Below are positions 1 through 12,509 of a stretch of 64,000 nucleotides of DNA, piece after piece. Under the pieces are notes generated by a model, which was given only the letters and a program-made list of their open reading frames with translations, was not told where the DNA came from and did not search any database. Each line of letters begins with the position of its first letter. Positions within the stretch are counted from its first letter, which is position 1. A program made the translations under genes and the position numbers. The DNA is from Octopus sinensis (taxonomy: Eukaryota), in the NCBI RefSeq assembly GCF_006345805.1, contig NC_043001.1, positions 79,608,001 through 79,672,000 of the forward strand, given 5' to 3'.

Positions 1-841
1 TCAGCTGAAAGAGTAGGAACAAGTTTCAGTAAAAAAGCCTAAGTTAATATTTTTTATAAGCCTATTGACGCAAGCGTGTGTGAGTGGTAAAAAAATTTCC
101 TTTCTCAACAATATGGTTCCGGATTTAGACCCTCAGCGTGACTACTTGGATAGGTGTCTCCTACCATACCATCGAGTCATTCAAAGCCTTGAAAATGGAT
201 TTGATAAACGGAAAAGGAAATAAGTCCGTCGTATATATATATATATATATATTATCACGATCAACTGGTCCCACTACCGAACAATACGGTCGTTATATTG
301 ATGTCTGTATCAACAAACACACCAACTAACATTCATACATTAGCTTCTCCTACACTCACCCAGTCCTTACCAAGCCCTCCCTCCCCTACTCTCAATTCCT
401 CTGTTTGTGTAAGCTCTGCAGTGGAGACTCAGTCTCAAATCTTGGCTCGCCACTTCATCCTTCGCGGATAACCCCTCACCACCATTCACACAACTGTTAC
501 CAGAGCACTTCTGCTCTCTCTTTCTTTCCGCTCCCACACCACCGTTCCCAGTCTCCAGTTTCCTCTCACCTACCACCCCTTCACCTTGCTCTTCTAACGC
601 CCCATTCTCCGAGCCTTCCTACCCACAAGAATAAACAAGAGTGACAAATAAAGGCAGAAGCAAGGAAAATGCTCCTTATATTTGAATACTATGCAAATAT
701 TCTTTTAAAAACTTTCCTTTTAATTTTTCTAAAATTTTATTGTTTTCCATACTCACAGTTGAAAATGTCCCAATGACTAAATCCGGTACTGAAAGGATTC
801 TAATCAAATTGTTTTAGCATTTTCTACCTTGCCTTTTTCCC

Positions 842-844
<3 letters not shown>

Positions 845-897
<53 letters not shown>

Positions 898-905
898 ATA
901 TTTAT

Positions 906-941
<36 letters not shown>

Positions 942-971
942 ATATATTATATATATATATATAATATATAT

Positions 972-1016
<45 letters not shown>
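845..1016. repeat. Interrupted (TA)n microsatellite (representative of dozens in the window)
   Basis: Direct reading. Other long tracts include 3660-3885, 37520-37865, 41630-41785 and 43995-44067. Confidence 0.95.
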
Positions 1017-1022
<6 letters not shown>

Positions 1023-1799
1023 CTCTGTATGTGTATATGTAGTACTGGTTGTTTAGATTCTCCTAGCATAGGTTCGCTGGTATAGATCACTTCAACCTAA
1101 ACTATCCAAATAAATGCTGAAATTTGGCTGCAATCCAATGACTGTAGCAGGCAGAAGAGAAAAAGGTAAAGGCTAAAAAGCCATTAACCAAAACTCTTAT
1201 TGCTGTCATATAGAATTGCCTTTAAACATTCTATTATCCTTTACCTTTTATCTTATTCTTCCAGTCATTTGACTACGGCTATGCTGGGGCATCGTATTGA
1301 TGGGTTTTAGCTGAATGAATCGACTCCAACATTTATTTTTCAAAGCCTAGCACATATTCCATCAATCTCTCAGGTTAAATGATAAATTTCGGAGACGTAC
1401 ATAAACTGACATCGGTTGTCAAGCTGCGGAGAGAGACAAACATAAACGCAGACACGCATACAAACATTGACGCGCGCAGTGGAATTGAACCTGAAACCAT
1501 GTGGCTGAGAGACAAATTTCTTAACACACAGTTTTGCCTACCACTATGTTGAAAATATTTAGCTGTGCGACAGTGTGTAATACAAAATTCCTCTGAGTTT
1601 TTAATTCCTCGACTTTGTGATATAACCTCAGCTCAGAATGTCTTACTTTATATAATGGTCACAGTACTGTGTGAAAATTGTATACCCTTTGCTGTTACGT
1701 TCGATGACATTGCTGTGGAACGTCTTATGGAATTTCTTTTATGTTATTACGAGCAAAACGCCCCCCGTCCAATAGACGGTGCTGAGTTGTCAAACATTT

Positions 1800-2005
1800 A
1801 AGCCAAATTTTCTGAAAACAACTTTTGCGACCTTCCTATAGGCCTCTCCTTTGAGAAACACTGATTTAACCAAAAATTGAGATACCAGCAAAAGACGGAT
1901 TTCTACTGATGTAATTACGCGTACAAATGCACGTTTCCAAGGCTTTATCGATCGCATTCTCACCTGGAATCGACAGACAGACAGAACGGATTTTATATAA
2001 TAGAT
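1800..2005 (-). mobile_element. Possible 5' end of a non-autonomous Helitron-like element
   Basis: Minus strand starts ATCTATTATATAAAATCCGTTCTGTCTGTCTGTC, resembling known Helitron-type non-autonomous 5' ends. No 3' CTAG or hairpin found. Confidence 0.3.
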
Positions 2006-3789
2006 AAAGTGATTTTTGTACAGCGATTCCTGTTACATTATTAGATGGTAATGTTCAATATTTGCTGTTTGTGTCGCGTAATTTTATTGTCGTCAGTTTG
2101 TGTTGCATTTCTGTTTTGTATTGCTTTCAATATTTGGATACTTTTGCGCAAAACATCAACTGGAATTGTTGCATAGCGTCTTTTTGCTGAAAGAAGGCTA
2201 AAAACTAATAGAAGAGACTTTTGCTGAAAGTGGACAATGGCAGGTGAGAATATTGGTCAGACCGAATTTTTTGCTATTTTGTAAGATCTATCGTCTTTTT
2301 CAAAAATCTTTGTTGGTGTTCTTCTTACTAATACCCGTTTTACTAAGTTTTTCGGTCCTTGTACTTTAGCATGTTTTTATTCTCTCGTGCAAAGATTTTT
2401 CACAGAGTATATTGCCGTGTTTGATTATAATATTCAGGATATTCACATCTATTTCTTTGTCACATTAAATAGGTATGCCCCGTATTACAGCGCTCTTGTT
2501 ATTGTCGTATTCATACTAGATTTCATAGCTTCTTATACTGCACATTCTTACTTTTTATATTCAAGTTTGTGCGTAGATATAACTAGCTCACCTGTTATAC
2601 TTCTGAATGTTATTGATTATTGCAAGAACTGAGCAGCCAAAATAATATGATCAATTGTGTCTCGTGCTGATTGCACAGTCTACACTGGTTTTAGCCTTCT
2701 CTCAATATTTTCTTTCTTTTCTTCTTTTTATTTCTATCTATATTTTTCTCTTTCTTTCCTTGATCTTTCTTTATCTATTTATTTGTGCTGCTAAAATCAG
2801 GCGATAGTTTTTGCTTTTAGTTAAGAGCTTTTGAGCCTTATTTCGCTGTCACGCTAACTTACTATTTTCTCAATGACTCTGAAGGCTTCTGGCTAAGGAA
2901 AGATATTTTTTATTCAATCATTTATTTACTTTATTTTTTTCTTTAGTATATTTTAGAGTTACACTGTGGCGATGTCTTTCGTTTTTATTTCATTTCTACA
3001 TTACTTTTTAATGTTCCACTTGTTTCATCATTATCTAAATCCTTTCCTTCGGTATAATTAGCTTTACATTTGTACATTACTAGTGTCTTACATAAAGAGA
3101 AACTATTTTGTTTACTATGTGTGATTTCTTTAGGCTATGGCCGTTAATTCAAGTAAGACTACGGTCCCCTCGCAACACAAATGAAGTTAGAAAATTGAAT
3201 TTGAAATTAAGATATATGATGGCAAAGTGCATAGAATTTAAATATTGTTTTATCTATTATGAGGTTCTTACATTTTCATTTTGATGGTTGTCATATATAG
3301 CATTATTTCTTCCTCTTAAAATGCTTAAGTATGATTCAATCTGTAACTTATTTATTAGTTGTATTATGAAAAGAAGTATTTCATTAATATTAAGGATGAA
3401 ATTAATTACTATCTGGGGAAGATTCAAGGAATATTTATACTAAATATTGCTTGGATTTTGTTTTTAATTTTGGGCTATGTTTCATCATAAGACGACTGCC
3501 ATGCTGAGGTAACACCTTGAAGGGTTTTAGTCGAAGCAAATCGAATCCAGTACACAGCCTTTAAACCTGGTACTTATTAGATCGGTCTTTTACCATACTA
3601 CTAAGTTACGGGGACATAAATGAACCAACACAGTCTGTCAATAAGTGGGTCATAAGCATACACATATATTTATGTATGTATGTATATATATATATACATA
3701 TATATATAGGTATATAAGTATGTATATATATATATGTATGTATGTATGTATGTATATGTAGATATATATATGTACATATATATACATAC

Positions 3790-3892
<103 letters not shown>

Positions 3893-4074
3893 AAAGGGCT
3901 TAGTAAAATAAATTACTTTGCCGCATACTGAACTCATTAGAAATAGCAGCCAAAAAAACTTTTCTAAAACTATTTCTAATACTTAAAGAAAACCTCTCTC
4001 ATATAGTGTTTGCTCAATTCAACTCACGGAAGTATGGGGGTAGAGACATTAAAAAATCAAATGCAAAGGTTATT

Positions 4075-4127
4075 TGAGAACGTACGTTTCAAGATTAGTC
4101 AAACTCGACAATTCTATCATCAGCTCA
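4075..4127 (-). ncRNA. Minimal type I hammerhead ribozyme motif (inverted array copy)
   Basis: Minus strand reads TGAG-CTGATGA-(26-nt helix II)-GAAA-CGTACG-T-T-CTCA. Helix I is TGAG/CTCA; helix III is the palindrome ACGTACGT. Confidence 0.7.
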
Positions 4128-4825
4128 GAACTCCCTGGTTTGGATTTGAAAACACTGAAAGTGGGAGCATACCCTTTCGGCTTCTTCTCGCTTCTGAAGA
4201 TCTGCTCGACACTAACAGTGCCAACAAACTCAAAAATGCAAGCGAAGAATTTCTGCTCTCCCCTTTCCACCAGCGTGGGTTAAAATCAGCAAACACTATG
4301 CTTTTTTCGGTAAAATCCTAGGCATTATATAGAGAGAGATGAATTATAATTTCAACAATTGAGGGTAAAATTAATTAATTAATCAATTTCACCAAGTATT
4401 CAGTATGCAAAGGGACCATTTAAGGCGAATTCAAATTATTACATTATATAAAAGGGCTTAGTAAAATAAATTACTTTGCCGCATACTGAACTCATTAGAA
4501 ATAGCAGCCAAAAAAAACTTTTCTAAAACTATTTCTAATACTTTGCATACTGAATACTTGGTGAAATTGATTAATTAATTAATTTTACCCTCAATTGTTG
4601 AAATTATAATTCATCTCTCTCTATATAATGCCTAGGATTTTATCGAAAAAAGCATAGTGTTTGCTGATTTTAACCCACGCTGGTGGAAAGGGGAGAGCAG
4701 AAATTCTTTGCTTGCATTTTTGAGTTTGTTGGCACTGTTAGTGTCGAGCAGATCTTCAGAAACGAGAAGAAGCCGAAAGGGTATGCTCCCACTTTCAGTG
4801 TTTTCAAATCCAAACCAGGGAGTTC

Positions 4826-4877
4826 TGAGCTGATGATAGAAATGTCGAGTTTGACTAATCTTGAAAAGTACGTCTCA
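4826..4877 (+). ncRNA. Array HHR copy, variant (GAAAAGTACGTCTCA; helix III disrupted or sequencing error)
   Basis: Core CTGATGA is intact. C15.2 is replaced by A and one T is missing relative to sister copies. Confidence 0.45.
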
Positions 4878-5376
4878 AATAACCTTTGCATTTGATTTTT
4901 TAATGTCTCTACCCCCATTATTCCGTGAGTTGAATTGAGCAAAATATATATGAGAGAGGTTTTCTTAAGTATTAGAAATAGTTTTAGAAAAGTTTTTTTT
5001 GGCTGCTATTTCTAATGAGTTCAGTATGCGGCAAAAAGTAATTATTTTACTAAGCCCTTTTATAAATGTAATATTTGAATTCGCTTAAATGGTCCCTTTG
5101 CATACTGAATACTGGTGAAATTGATTAATTAATTAATTTTACCCTCAATTGTTGAAATTATAATTCATCTCTCTCTATATAATGCCTAGGATTTTACCGA
5201 AAAAAGCATAGTGTTTGCTGATTTTAACCCACGTGGTGGAAAGGGGAGAGCAGAAATCTTCGCTTGCATTTTTGAGTTTGTTGGCACTGTTAGTGTCGAG
5301 CAGATCTTCAGAAGCGAGAAGAAGCCGAAAGGGTATGCTCCCACTTTCAGGGTTTTCAAATCCAACCAGGGAGTTC

Positions 5377-5429
5377 TGAGCTGATGATAGAAATGTCGAG
5401 TTTGACTAATCTTGAAACGTACGTTCTCA
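5377..5429 (+). ncRNA. Minimal type I HHR motif (array copy)
   Basis: TGAG CTGATGA TAGAAATGTCGAGTTTGACTAATCTT GAAA CGTACG TT CTCA. Confidence 0.7.
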
Positions 5430-5933
5430 AATAACCTTTGCATTTGATTTTTTAATGTCTCTACCCCCATACTTCCGTGAGTGGAATTGAGCAAACACTA
5501 TATGAGAGAGGTTTTCTTTAAGTATTAGAAATAGTTTTAGAAAAGTTTCTTTTGGCTGCTATTCTAATGAGTTCAGTATGCGGCAAAGGAATTTATTTTA
5601 CTAAGCCCGTTTATATAATGTAATAATTGAATTCGCCTTAAATGGTCCCTTTGCATACTGAATACTTGGTGAAATTGATTAATTAATTAATTTTACCCTC
5701 AATTGTTGAAATATAATTCATCTCTCTATATATAATGCCTAGGATTTTACCGAAAAAAGCATAGTGTTTGCTGATTTTAACCCACGTGGTGGTGGAAAGG
5801 GAGGAGAGCAGAAATTCTTCGCTTGCATTTTTGAGTTTGTTGGCACTGTTAGTGTCGCGCAGATCTTCAGAAGCGAGAAGAAGCGAAAGGGTATGCTCCC
5901 ACTTTCAGTGTTTTCAATCCAACCAGGGAGTTC

Positions 5934-5986
5934 TGAGCTGATGATAGAAATGTCGAGTTTGACTAATCTTGAAACGTACGTTCTCA
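5934..5986 (+). ncRNA. Minimal type I HHR motif (array copy)
   Basis: Same motif as 5377-5429. Confidence 0.7.
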
Positions 5987-6488
5987 AATAAACTTTGCAT
6001 TGATTTTTTAATGTCTCTACCCCCATACTTCCGTGAGTTGAATTGAGCAAACACTATATGAGAGAGGTTTTCTTTAAGTATTAGAAATAGTTTTAGAAAA
6101 GTTTTTTTTGGCTGCTATTTCTAATGAGTTCAGTATGCGGCAAAGTAATTATTTTACTAAGCCCTTTTATATAATGTAATAATTTGAATTCGCCTTAAAT
6201 GGTCCCTTTGCATACTGAATACTGGTGAAATTGATTAATTAATTAATTTTACCCTCAATTGTTGAAATTATAATTCATCTCTCTCTATATAATGCCTAGG
6301 ATTTTACCGAAAAAAGCATAGTGTTTGCTGATTTTAACCCACGCTGGTGGAAGGGGGAGAGCAGAAATTCTTCGCTTGCATTTTTGAGTTTGTTGGCACT
6401 GTTAGTGTCGAGCAGATCTTCAGAAGCGAGAAGAAGCCGAAAGGGTATGCTCCCACTTCAGTGTTTTCAAATCCAAACCAGGGAGTTC

Positions 6489-6541
6489 TGAGCTGATGAT
6501 AGAAATGTCGAGTTTGACTAATCTTGAAACGTACGTTCTCA
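6489..6541 (+). ncRNA. Minimal type I HHR motif (array copy)
   Basis: Same motif as 5377-5429. Confidence 0.7.
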
Positions 6542-7043
6542 AATAACTTTTGCATTTGATTTTTTAATGTCTCTACCCCCATACTTCCGTGAGTTGAATT
6601 GAGCAAACACTATATGAGAGAGGTTTTCTTTAAGTATTAGAAATAGTTTTAGAAAAGTTTTTTTTGGCTGCTATTTCTAATGAGTTCAGTATGCGGCAAA
6701 GTAATTTATTTTACTAAGCCCTTTTATATAATGTAATAATTTGAATTCGCCTTAAATGGTCCCTTTGCATACTGAATACTTGGTGAAATTGATTAATTAA
6801 TTAATTTTACCCTCAATTGTTGAAATTATAATTCATCTCTCTCTATATAATGCCTAGGATTTTACCGAAAAAAGCATAGTGTTTGCTGATTTTAACCCAC
6901 GCTGGTGGAAAGGGGAGAGCAGAAATTCTTCGCTTGCATTTTTGAGTTTGTTGGCACTGTTAGTGTCGCCAGATCTTCAGAAGCGAGAGAAGCCGAAAGG
7001 TATGCTCCCACTTTCAGTGTTTTCAAATCCAAACCAGGGAGTT

Positions 7044-7097
7044 CGAGCTTGATGATAGAAATGTCAAGTTTGACTAATCTTGAAACGTACGTTCTCA
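7044..7097 (+). ncRNA. Array HHR copy, variant (CGAG-CTTGATGA)
   Basis: There is an extra T in the core and helix I is altered. GAAACGTACGTTCTCA is intact. Confidence 0.45.
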
Positions 7098-7597
7098 AAT
7101 AACCTGTGCATTTGATTTTTTAATGTCTCTACCCCCATACTTCCGTGAGTGAATTGGAGCAAACACTATATGAGAGAGGTTTTCTTAAGTATTAGAATAG
7201 TTTTAGAAAAGTTTTTTTTTGCTGCTATTTCTAATGAGTTCAGTATCGGCAAAGTAATTTATTTTACTAAGCCCTTTTATATAATGTAATAATTTGAATT
7301 CGCCTTAAATGGTCCCTTTGCATACTGAATACTGGTGAATTTGATTAATTAATTAATTTTACCCTCAATTGTTGAAATTATAATTCATCTCTCTCTATAT
7401 AATGCCTAGGATTTTACCGAAAAAACATAGTGTTTGCTGATTTTAACCCACGCTGGTGGAAAGGGGAGAGCAGAAATTCTTCGCTTGCATTTTTGAGTTT
7501 GTTGGCACTGTTAGTGTCGAGCAGATCTTCAGAAGCGAGAAGAAGCCGAAAGGGTATGCTCCCACTTTCAGTGTTTTCAAATCCAAACCAGGAGTTC

Positions 7598-7650
7598 TGA
7601 GCTGATGATAGAAATGTCGAGTTTGACTAATCTTGAAACGTACGTTCTCA
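7598..7650 (+). ncRNA. Minimal type I HHR motif (array copy)
   Basis: Same motif as 5377-5429. Confidence 0.7.
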
Positions 7651-7931
7651 AATAACCTTTGCATTTGATTTTTTAATGTCTCTACCCCCATACTTCCGTG
7701 AGTTGAATTGAGCAAACACTATATGAGAGAGGTTTTCTTTAAGTATTAGAAATAGTTTTAGAAAAGTTTTTTTTGGCTGCTATTTCTAATGAGTTCAGTA
7801 TGCGGCAAAGTAATTTATTTTACTAAGCCCTTTTATATAATGTAATAATTTGAATTCGCCTTAAATGGTCCCTTTGCATACTGAATACTTGGTGAAATTG
7901 ATTAATTAATTAATTTTACCCTCAATTGTTG

Positions 7932-7999
<68 letters not shown>

Positions 8000-8210
8000 T
8001 TTTGTAGGTGGCTTATCAGCAATTTCAAACCTAAACGTAAATTTATAAACGTCACTAAAGTGACAAGGGTGCAAAGCGGTACCAAATTTGCTAGAAATAA
8101 GAATCAAGAACGACATATTAAACACAAAAAGCATTATCGTAGTAAGTTGATGAAGGAGACGAAGCTCCGTATTATAGTGAGACAAAGATCCATACTGAAT
8201 TAGTAAATAT

Positions 8211-8268
8211 ACCCATGTCATGTGATTTCAAATTCGGATGCTTAGCATATCTATTCTTGTCAATGGAT
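8211..8268 (-). pseudogene. Degenerate HHR, inverted homologue of 8429-8488
   Basis: Minus strand ATCCA-TTGACAA-...-GAAA-TCACATGA-CA-TGGGT aligns to the + copy but has core substitutions. Confidence 0.55.
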
Positions 8269-8428
8269 CTTAGTGCGCCTGGGGTTTATATATTTGCCTT
8301 TATGCTTGAAATAGCTGATAAGCCACCTACATTATTTATACTATGCAATTCTAACGTTTTCAAACAGCACAAACTTTCAACGGTTTTGAGTTGACGAAGC
8401 AAGTTGAGCTTAACCCTAGGCGCAGAAA

Positions 8429-8488
8429 CATCCACTGACGAGAGCAGAGATGCTGAACATCAGAATTCGAAATCACGTGATATGGATG
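8429..8488 (+). ncRNA. Type I hammerhead ribozyme motif, second family
   Basis: CATCCA-CTGACGA-G...C-GAAA-TCACGTGA-T-A-TGGATG. Helix I is a perfect 6 bp, the core is intact, helix III is the palindrome ATCACGTGAT, and the predicted cleavage is after A8482. Confidence 0.8.
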
Positions 8489-8983
8489 CTATAACCACCA
8501 GCAGAAGAATGCACACTTACAGTAAATGTGCATTCTACTTGGCAAGCGTATTCAAGACACTCCAGTCTCGAGTTGTTGGATTGAATACCTGGTTGCACCC
8601 GTCACACCTGCTCGGGGCTGATGATTTGCCCCTCTGCTCAGCTGTTGAGGGTCCGGAGTTGTCTTCCCTCTAATCTGGATCTCTGTTATTGGATTTATTA
8701 GCTTTATTAGCTTTATCAACCATACTTTTTTGTGCTGGCTTAGGGCTTATTGAAAGAACGTATTAATTTTGGAGTTTTCCTTTTCCTAAATTATTTGCTC
8801 TCACTGCAGCTATAGTGCTCAATCCGTCCTTTAAAAATCTGTTTCACTTATAGATGAGATGCTGAGAGGAAATACAGTTCCAAGAAAGAGCATGCCAGAC
8901 AGTGATGGTCATTAAGGACTGAACTCACGAACATCCCTAACAACGGGATGCAGTTTAACGTCATATCGAGGACAAGCAATATA

Positions 8984-9030
<47 letters not shown>

Positions 9031-9124
9031 GTGTGTAATTCTACTTTTCCTCTTCTCTTTAGTCTTTACATTTAATATTACTTTTGCCGTGGTTTTCTAC
9101 ATTTCTCTTCATTCCTTCAATTCT

Positions 9125-9157
<33 letters not shown>

Positions 9158-9359
9158 GTATCGAAACAATAGAACCAATTGTAACAAACAATATAGATGT
9201 ATCAACTTCATTCTTCCTCTTTTACTATGAATATATATATATATATATTAAATTCAACTAAGTTTGCTTTAGAAGCGTTGAGATGTATTGAAAGATAACG
9301 CAGGATAATACTAATAATATAGCATAAACTATCTATATTTTGCTAAAAAATCTTTCAGC

Positions 9360-9431
9360 GGCCAGCCATGAGATTCGAACTCACATCCTTGTGATTACGC
9401 GTCAAGTATTTTACCATTAAGCTAAACTGCC
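9360..9431 (-). pseudogene. tRNA-like sequence (Thr-CGT-like, imperfect stems)
   Basis: A box TAGCTTAATGGT; T arm GTGAG-TTCGAAT-CTCAT; anticodon loop CGCGTAA. Acceptor, D and anticodon stems contain mismatches. Confidence 0.55.
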
Positions 9432-9560
9432 CCAACGACAAATTCTTCTGTAAAATTAGGATATATAAATCTAGCTTTATAAGACGCTATCATACGCTAA
9501 ATTCCAGTCTTATAAAGCTAGATTTATATATGCTAAATTTGCAGAAGAATTTGTCGTTGG

Positions 9561-9632
9561 GGCAGTTTAGCTTAATGGTAAAGTACTTGACGCGTAATCA
9601 CAGGGATGTGAGTCCGAATCTCATGGCTGACT
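9561..9632 (+). pseudogene. tRNA-like sequence, mirror copy
   Basis: Same as the minus copy, but the B box is altered (GTCCGAATC). Confidence 0.5.
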
Positions 9633-10289
9633 ACCGACAGATTTTTCTGCAAAATATAGATAGTTTGTATTCTTCACACTGTATTACAATCATTATCCTT
9701 CATGTGAGAATAAAATTATTTCCTTATTTATAGCTACCTATATATACTTACAATCAATAATTTATATATACATAAAGGCTGTCGTCTCCCAATTCTCCGA
9801 TTTTATTCTCTGAAAATTCAATTCTTCCTCTGTTCGTCTGCTAATAGAAGTATTCCCAATTTTTGATACAGTTGTTAGTTTTTATATGATAAAACTTGAT
9901 AAATGAAATCATCATTATTGTTGTAGATGTTATCATCATCATCATCATCATCAACACCTTCATTATCAAGTTTGTTTTCGGTTGGTTTGGTAATAAAATT
10001 AGCAAAACAGCAAACAAAATGCCTGGAGGTGCTTAATTACGACCCTATTCGTTCTGAGCTTAAGTCTGAATAGCCAAATAATTCCTGTAGAAAACATAGA
10101 GATTTCAAACGAAGGTGGGCTTACTCATATAGTGACATCTGAACCCAAGTAAATAAATAACGTGGAAAACTATCAGATAATGATGGAACATAAAATAAAA
10201 ATAAAAATCCCTCAATCCTTAATGAAATGAAAATCTAGAAAAGAAAAAAATGAGGAAAAAGTATTCCAGGAATACATAACAAAGAAGAG

Positions 10290-10780
10290 CCTGACATCAA
10301 AGGACGCCTCAAAGAAGTGATCCTCGCTTAATTGCAAAGAATCCGTTGTTATGAAAAACGCCAACGATTCTTTCAACAAACCAATTACTTCGATTCCAAC
10401 CCAAATGGTTGTTCTATGAAGTATGCGAAAACAAAATAGAAATCATTGCAATGCCAACAGCAAGAGAAATTGTCTAATTTGGGGGAAGAATGTGGACAGC
10501 AAAAGAATTACCATGGTCAAGAATTTATTTTCAAGACCAGATATGCAGTGTGTGAACAAACGTAGGAAACATACCAACTCGAAATGTTGTTGCGATCATA
10601 GGGAAACAATATCTGGAGAAAGTTAGAATTGATAATCTTCAGAACTAATGGTTTTGAGTTTCACAAATATATACGTTAAATCTTGATAGAAATGTTTAAA
10701 TATTTGTTGAGGGGAAAAAGAAAACGAAATAATTTTAAAAGACGGCTGTAATTCATATGAGTAGCAATAACACAAAAATT
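10290..10780 (+). mobile_element. Decayed Dong/R4-like LINE fragment (pre-RT region)
   Basis: Translates to RIRCYEKRQRFFQQTNYFDSNP, similar to RIVRYEKRVRFFKDNNMFKNNT in the element at 28692-28988. Contains stops and frameshifts. Confidence 0.55.
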
Positions 10781-10979
10781 AGAATTGGCACGTCCGTAGC
10801 ATGTCTGTCAACATGGTAATGTGCTAGATAACAAATGAAATAATGTCACTACAATAGGAGGGATTCTGCAAAGACACATGATTGTAAAGAGTAATTGCTG
10901 ATCTGTAAAACCACAATCGGAAACTGAAAGGAAAATAAGGTTTTAAGCCTGACATGACTTGGTTATGAGAAAGTTTTCG

Positions 10980-11107
10980 ACGGTAAGTAGCTTGCTTACG
11001 AACCACATGGTTCTGGGTTCACTCCCACTGCGTGGCATCTTGGTCAAGTATCTTCTACTATAGCCTTGTGAGTGGATTTGGTAGATGGAAACTAAAAGAA
11101 GCCCGTC

Positions 11108-11165
<58 letters not shown>

Positions 11166-11310
11166 ATCTGTGTTTGTCCCACCAACATCGCTTGACCACC
11201 GATGCTGGTGTGTTTACGTCCTCGTCACTTAGTTATTCTGCAAAAGAGACCGATAGAATAAGTACTAGGCTTACAAAGAATAAGTCCTTGGGTCGATTGG
11301 CTCGTACACC
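10980..11310 (+). mobile_element. tRNA-derived SINE (family A, internal (TA)n(TG)n)
   Basis: GGTAAGTAGCTTGCTTACGAACCACATGGTTC head, then GAAGCCCGTCG-(TA)n-(TG)n and a shared tail. Homologous to 19972-20470 and 48119-48553. Confidence 0.85.
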
Positions 11311-12394
11311 CCGGCGGCATTTGAACTCAGAACTCAGAAACATTATATCTTGACATATAAATTCATTCTTAATACGTTTCAGAAGTTTCGAACGTAATCA
11401 TACTTTAGGAACTTTTGCTCCTAAAAAAGAAAGCCGAATCGTAGAAGGCAAACATTCTCCAAATACAAGAATAAAAAGACGAGAAGAATTTGCAAATACG
11501 GTCGTAACTCGTTTTAACCTTGATACTGCATACAAATTACAGTATTTGTATAGAAAGAGATAAAGGCAGTTTTGTACGCTCGTATTCATATACGAGATGT
11601 GGTTATGTTTAACCGTTACATTACTTGGAATCGCAACAAGAAGAAAATATGTCTAATCAACTAGGTTGCGCCGTCCAAAAGCTATAAATATTTTTCTCCC
11701 ACAATGCAACACCACGACATATGCCATCTAGTAACCAATGGATGAGACAGCTGGTTTCAAGGGAGGCAACTGTCTACAATACAAATTGCTGCTATCTTTC
11801 GTCATTGGAGAATAACGTCAGGTGGACGTACGTACATAACACTAGAATCATTAGAATTTGGAGACTCTGTAACACCCAAGGTTTCGACATTATTTTCACA
11901 TCCTCTCAGCCAAACCTACTCCACATAAATGAATCTAGCAATAGTTTGTGGCATTTGTTTACATCTACACCGAACAAATCATTTCCTCATGATTGTTGAT
12001 ATCTGCCAACTGACAAAATATTTGGAAGCGCATGGTGAACAGCGAGAATGAGAATGAAAACATATAATAATGATTTGAATGTGTTGAAAACAGTCATTCG
12101 TTTGAAATGTGTGCTTCTCCAATAGAAAAAAAAACATACAACATCGATTTGCCTAATCACACACGACACTGGCAAAGCCGTTTTGATTCTCGTTGTTCAC
12201 TGCGCTTATTTGGAGTTGTTATCTGCTGGCAGATATCTGCAGGCCTCGGTAAATAAGAAGCTCGTTGATTCCTAAGCCTGGTGGTGTGTGAAGCTGTTTG
12301 TTTCCATCGACTAAAGAATTGTCAATGGGACTGGTAGGCGACAACTGAAGAAGTTCGTCACCTATACATACATACATACGCACTAATACTCTCT

Positions 12395-12433
<39 letters not shown>

Positions 12434-12509
12434 ATACATACTAATACATACACCAACCCTATACATACACACATCCAGACCCCTCCCACGCACTTTTAGC
12501 TGGTCCCTC

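Larger units (their letters stand above)
9326..9666. repeat. Foldback element: ~160-bp imperfect inverted arms, 21-bp spacer, each arm containing a tRNA-like sequence
   Basis: AAACTATCTATATTTTGC...CTAGCTTTATAAGAC (9326-9485) is complementary to GTCTTATAAAGCTAG...GCAAAATATAGATAGTTT (9507-9666). Confidence 0.9.

Noticed and set aside
4010-7715. Repeated 65-103 aa ORFs in the array (MLNSTHG..., MERGEQK...)
   Set aside because: Frames change from copy to copy through 1-bp indels and there are no domain motifs, so the unit is best read as non-coding.
9360-9632. Functional tRNA-Thr genes
   Set aside because: Mismatches in the D, anticodon and acceptor stems; kept as tRNA-like only.
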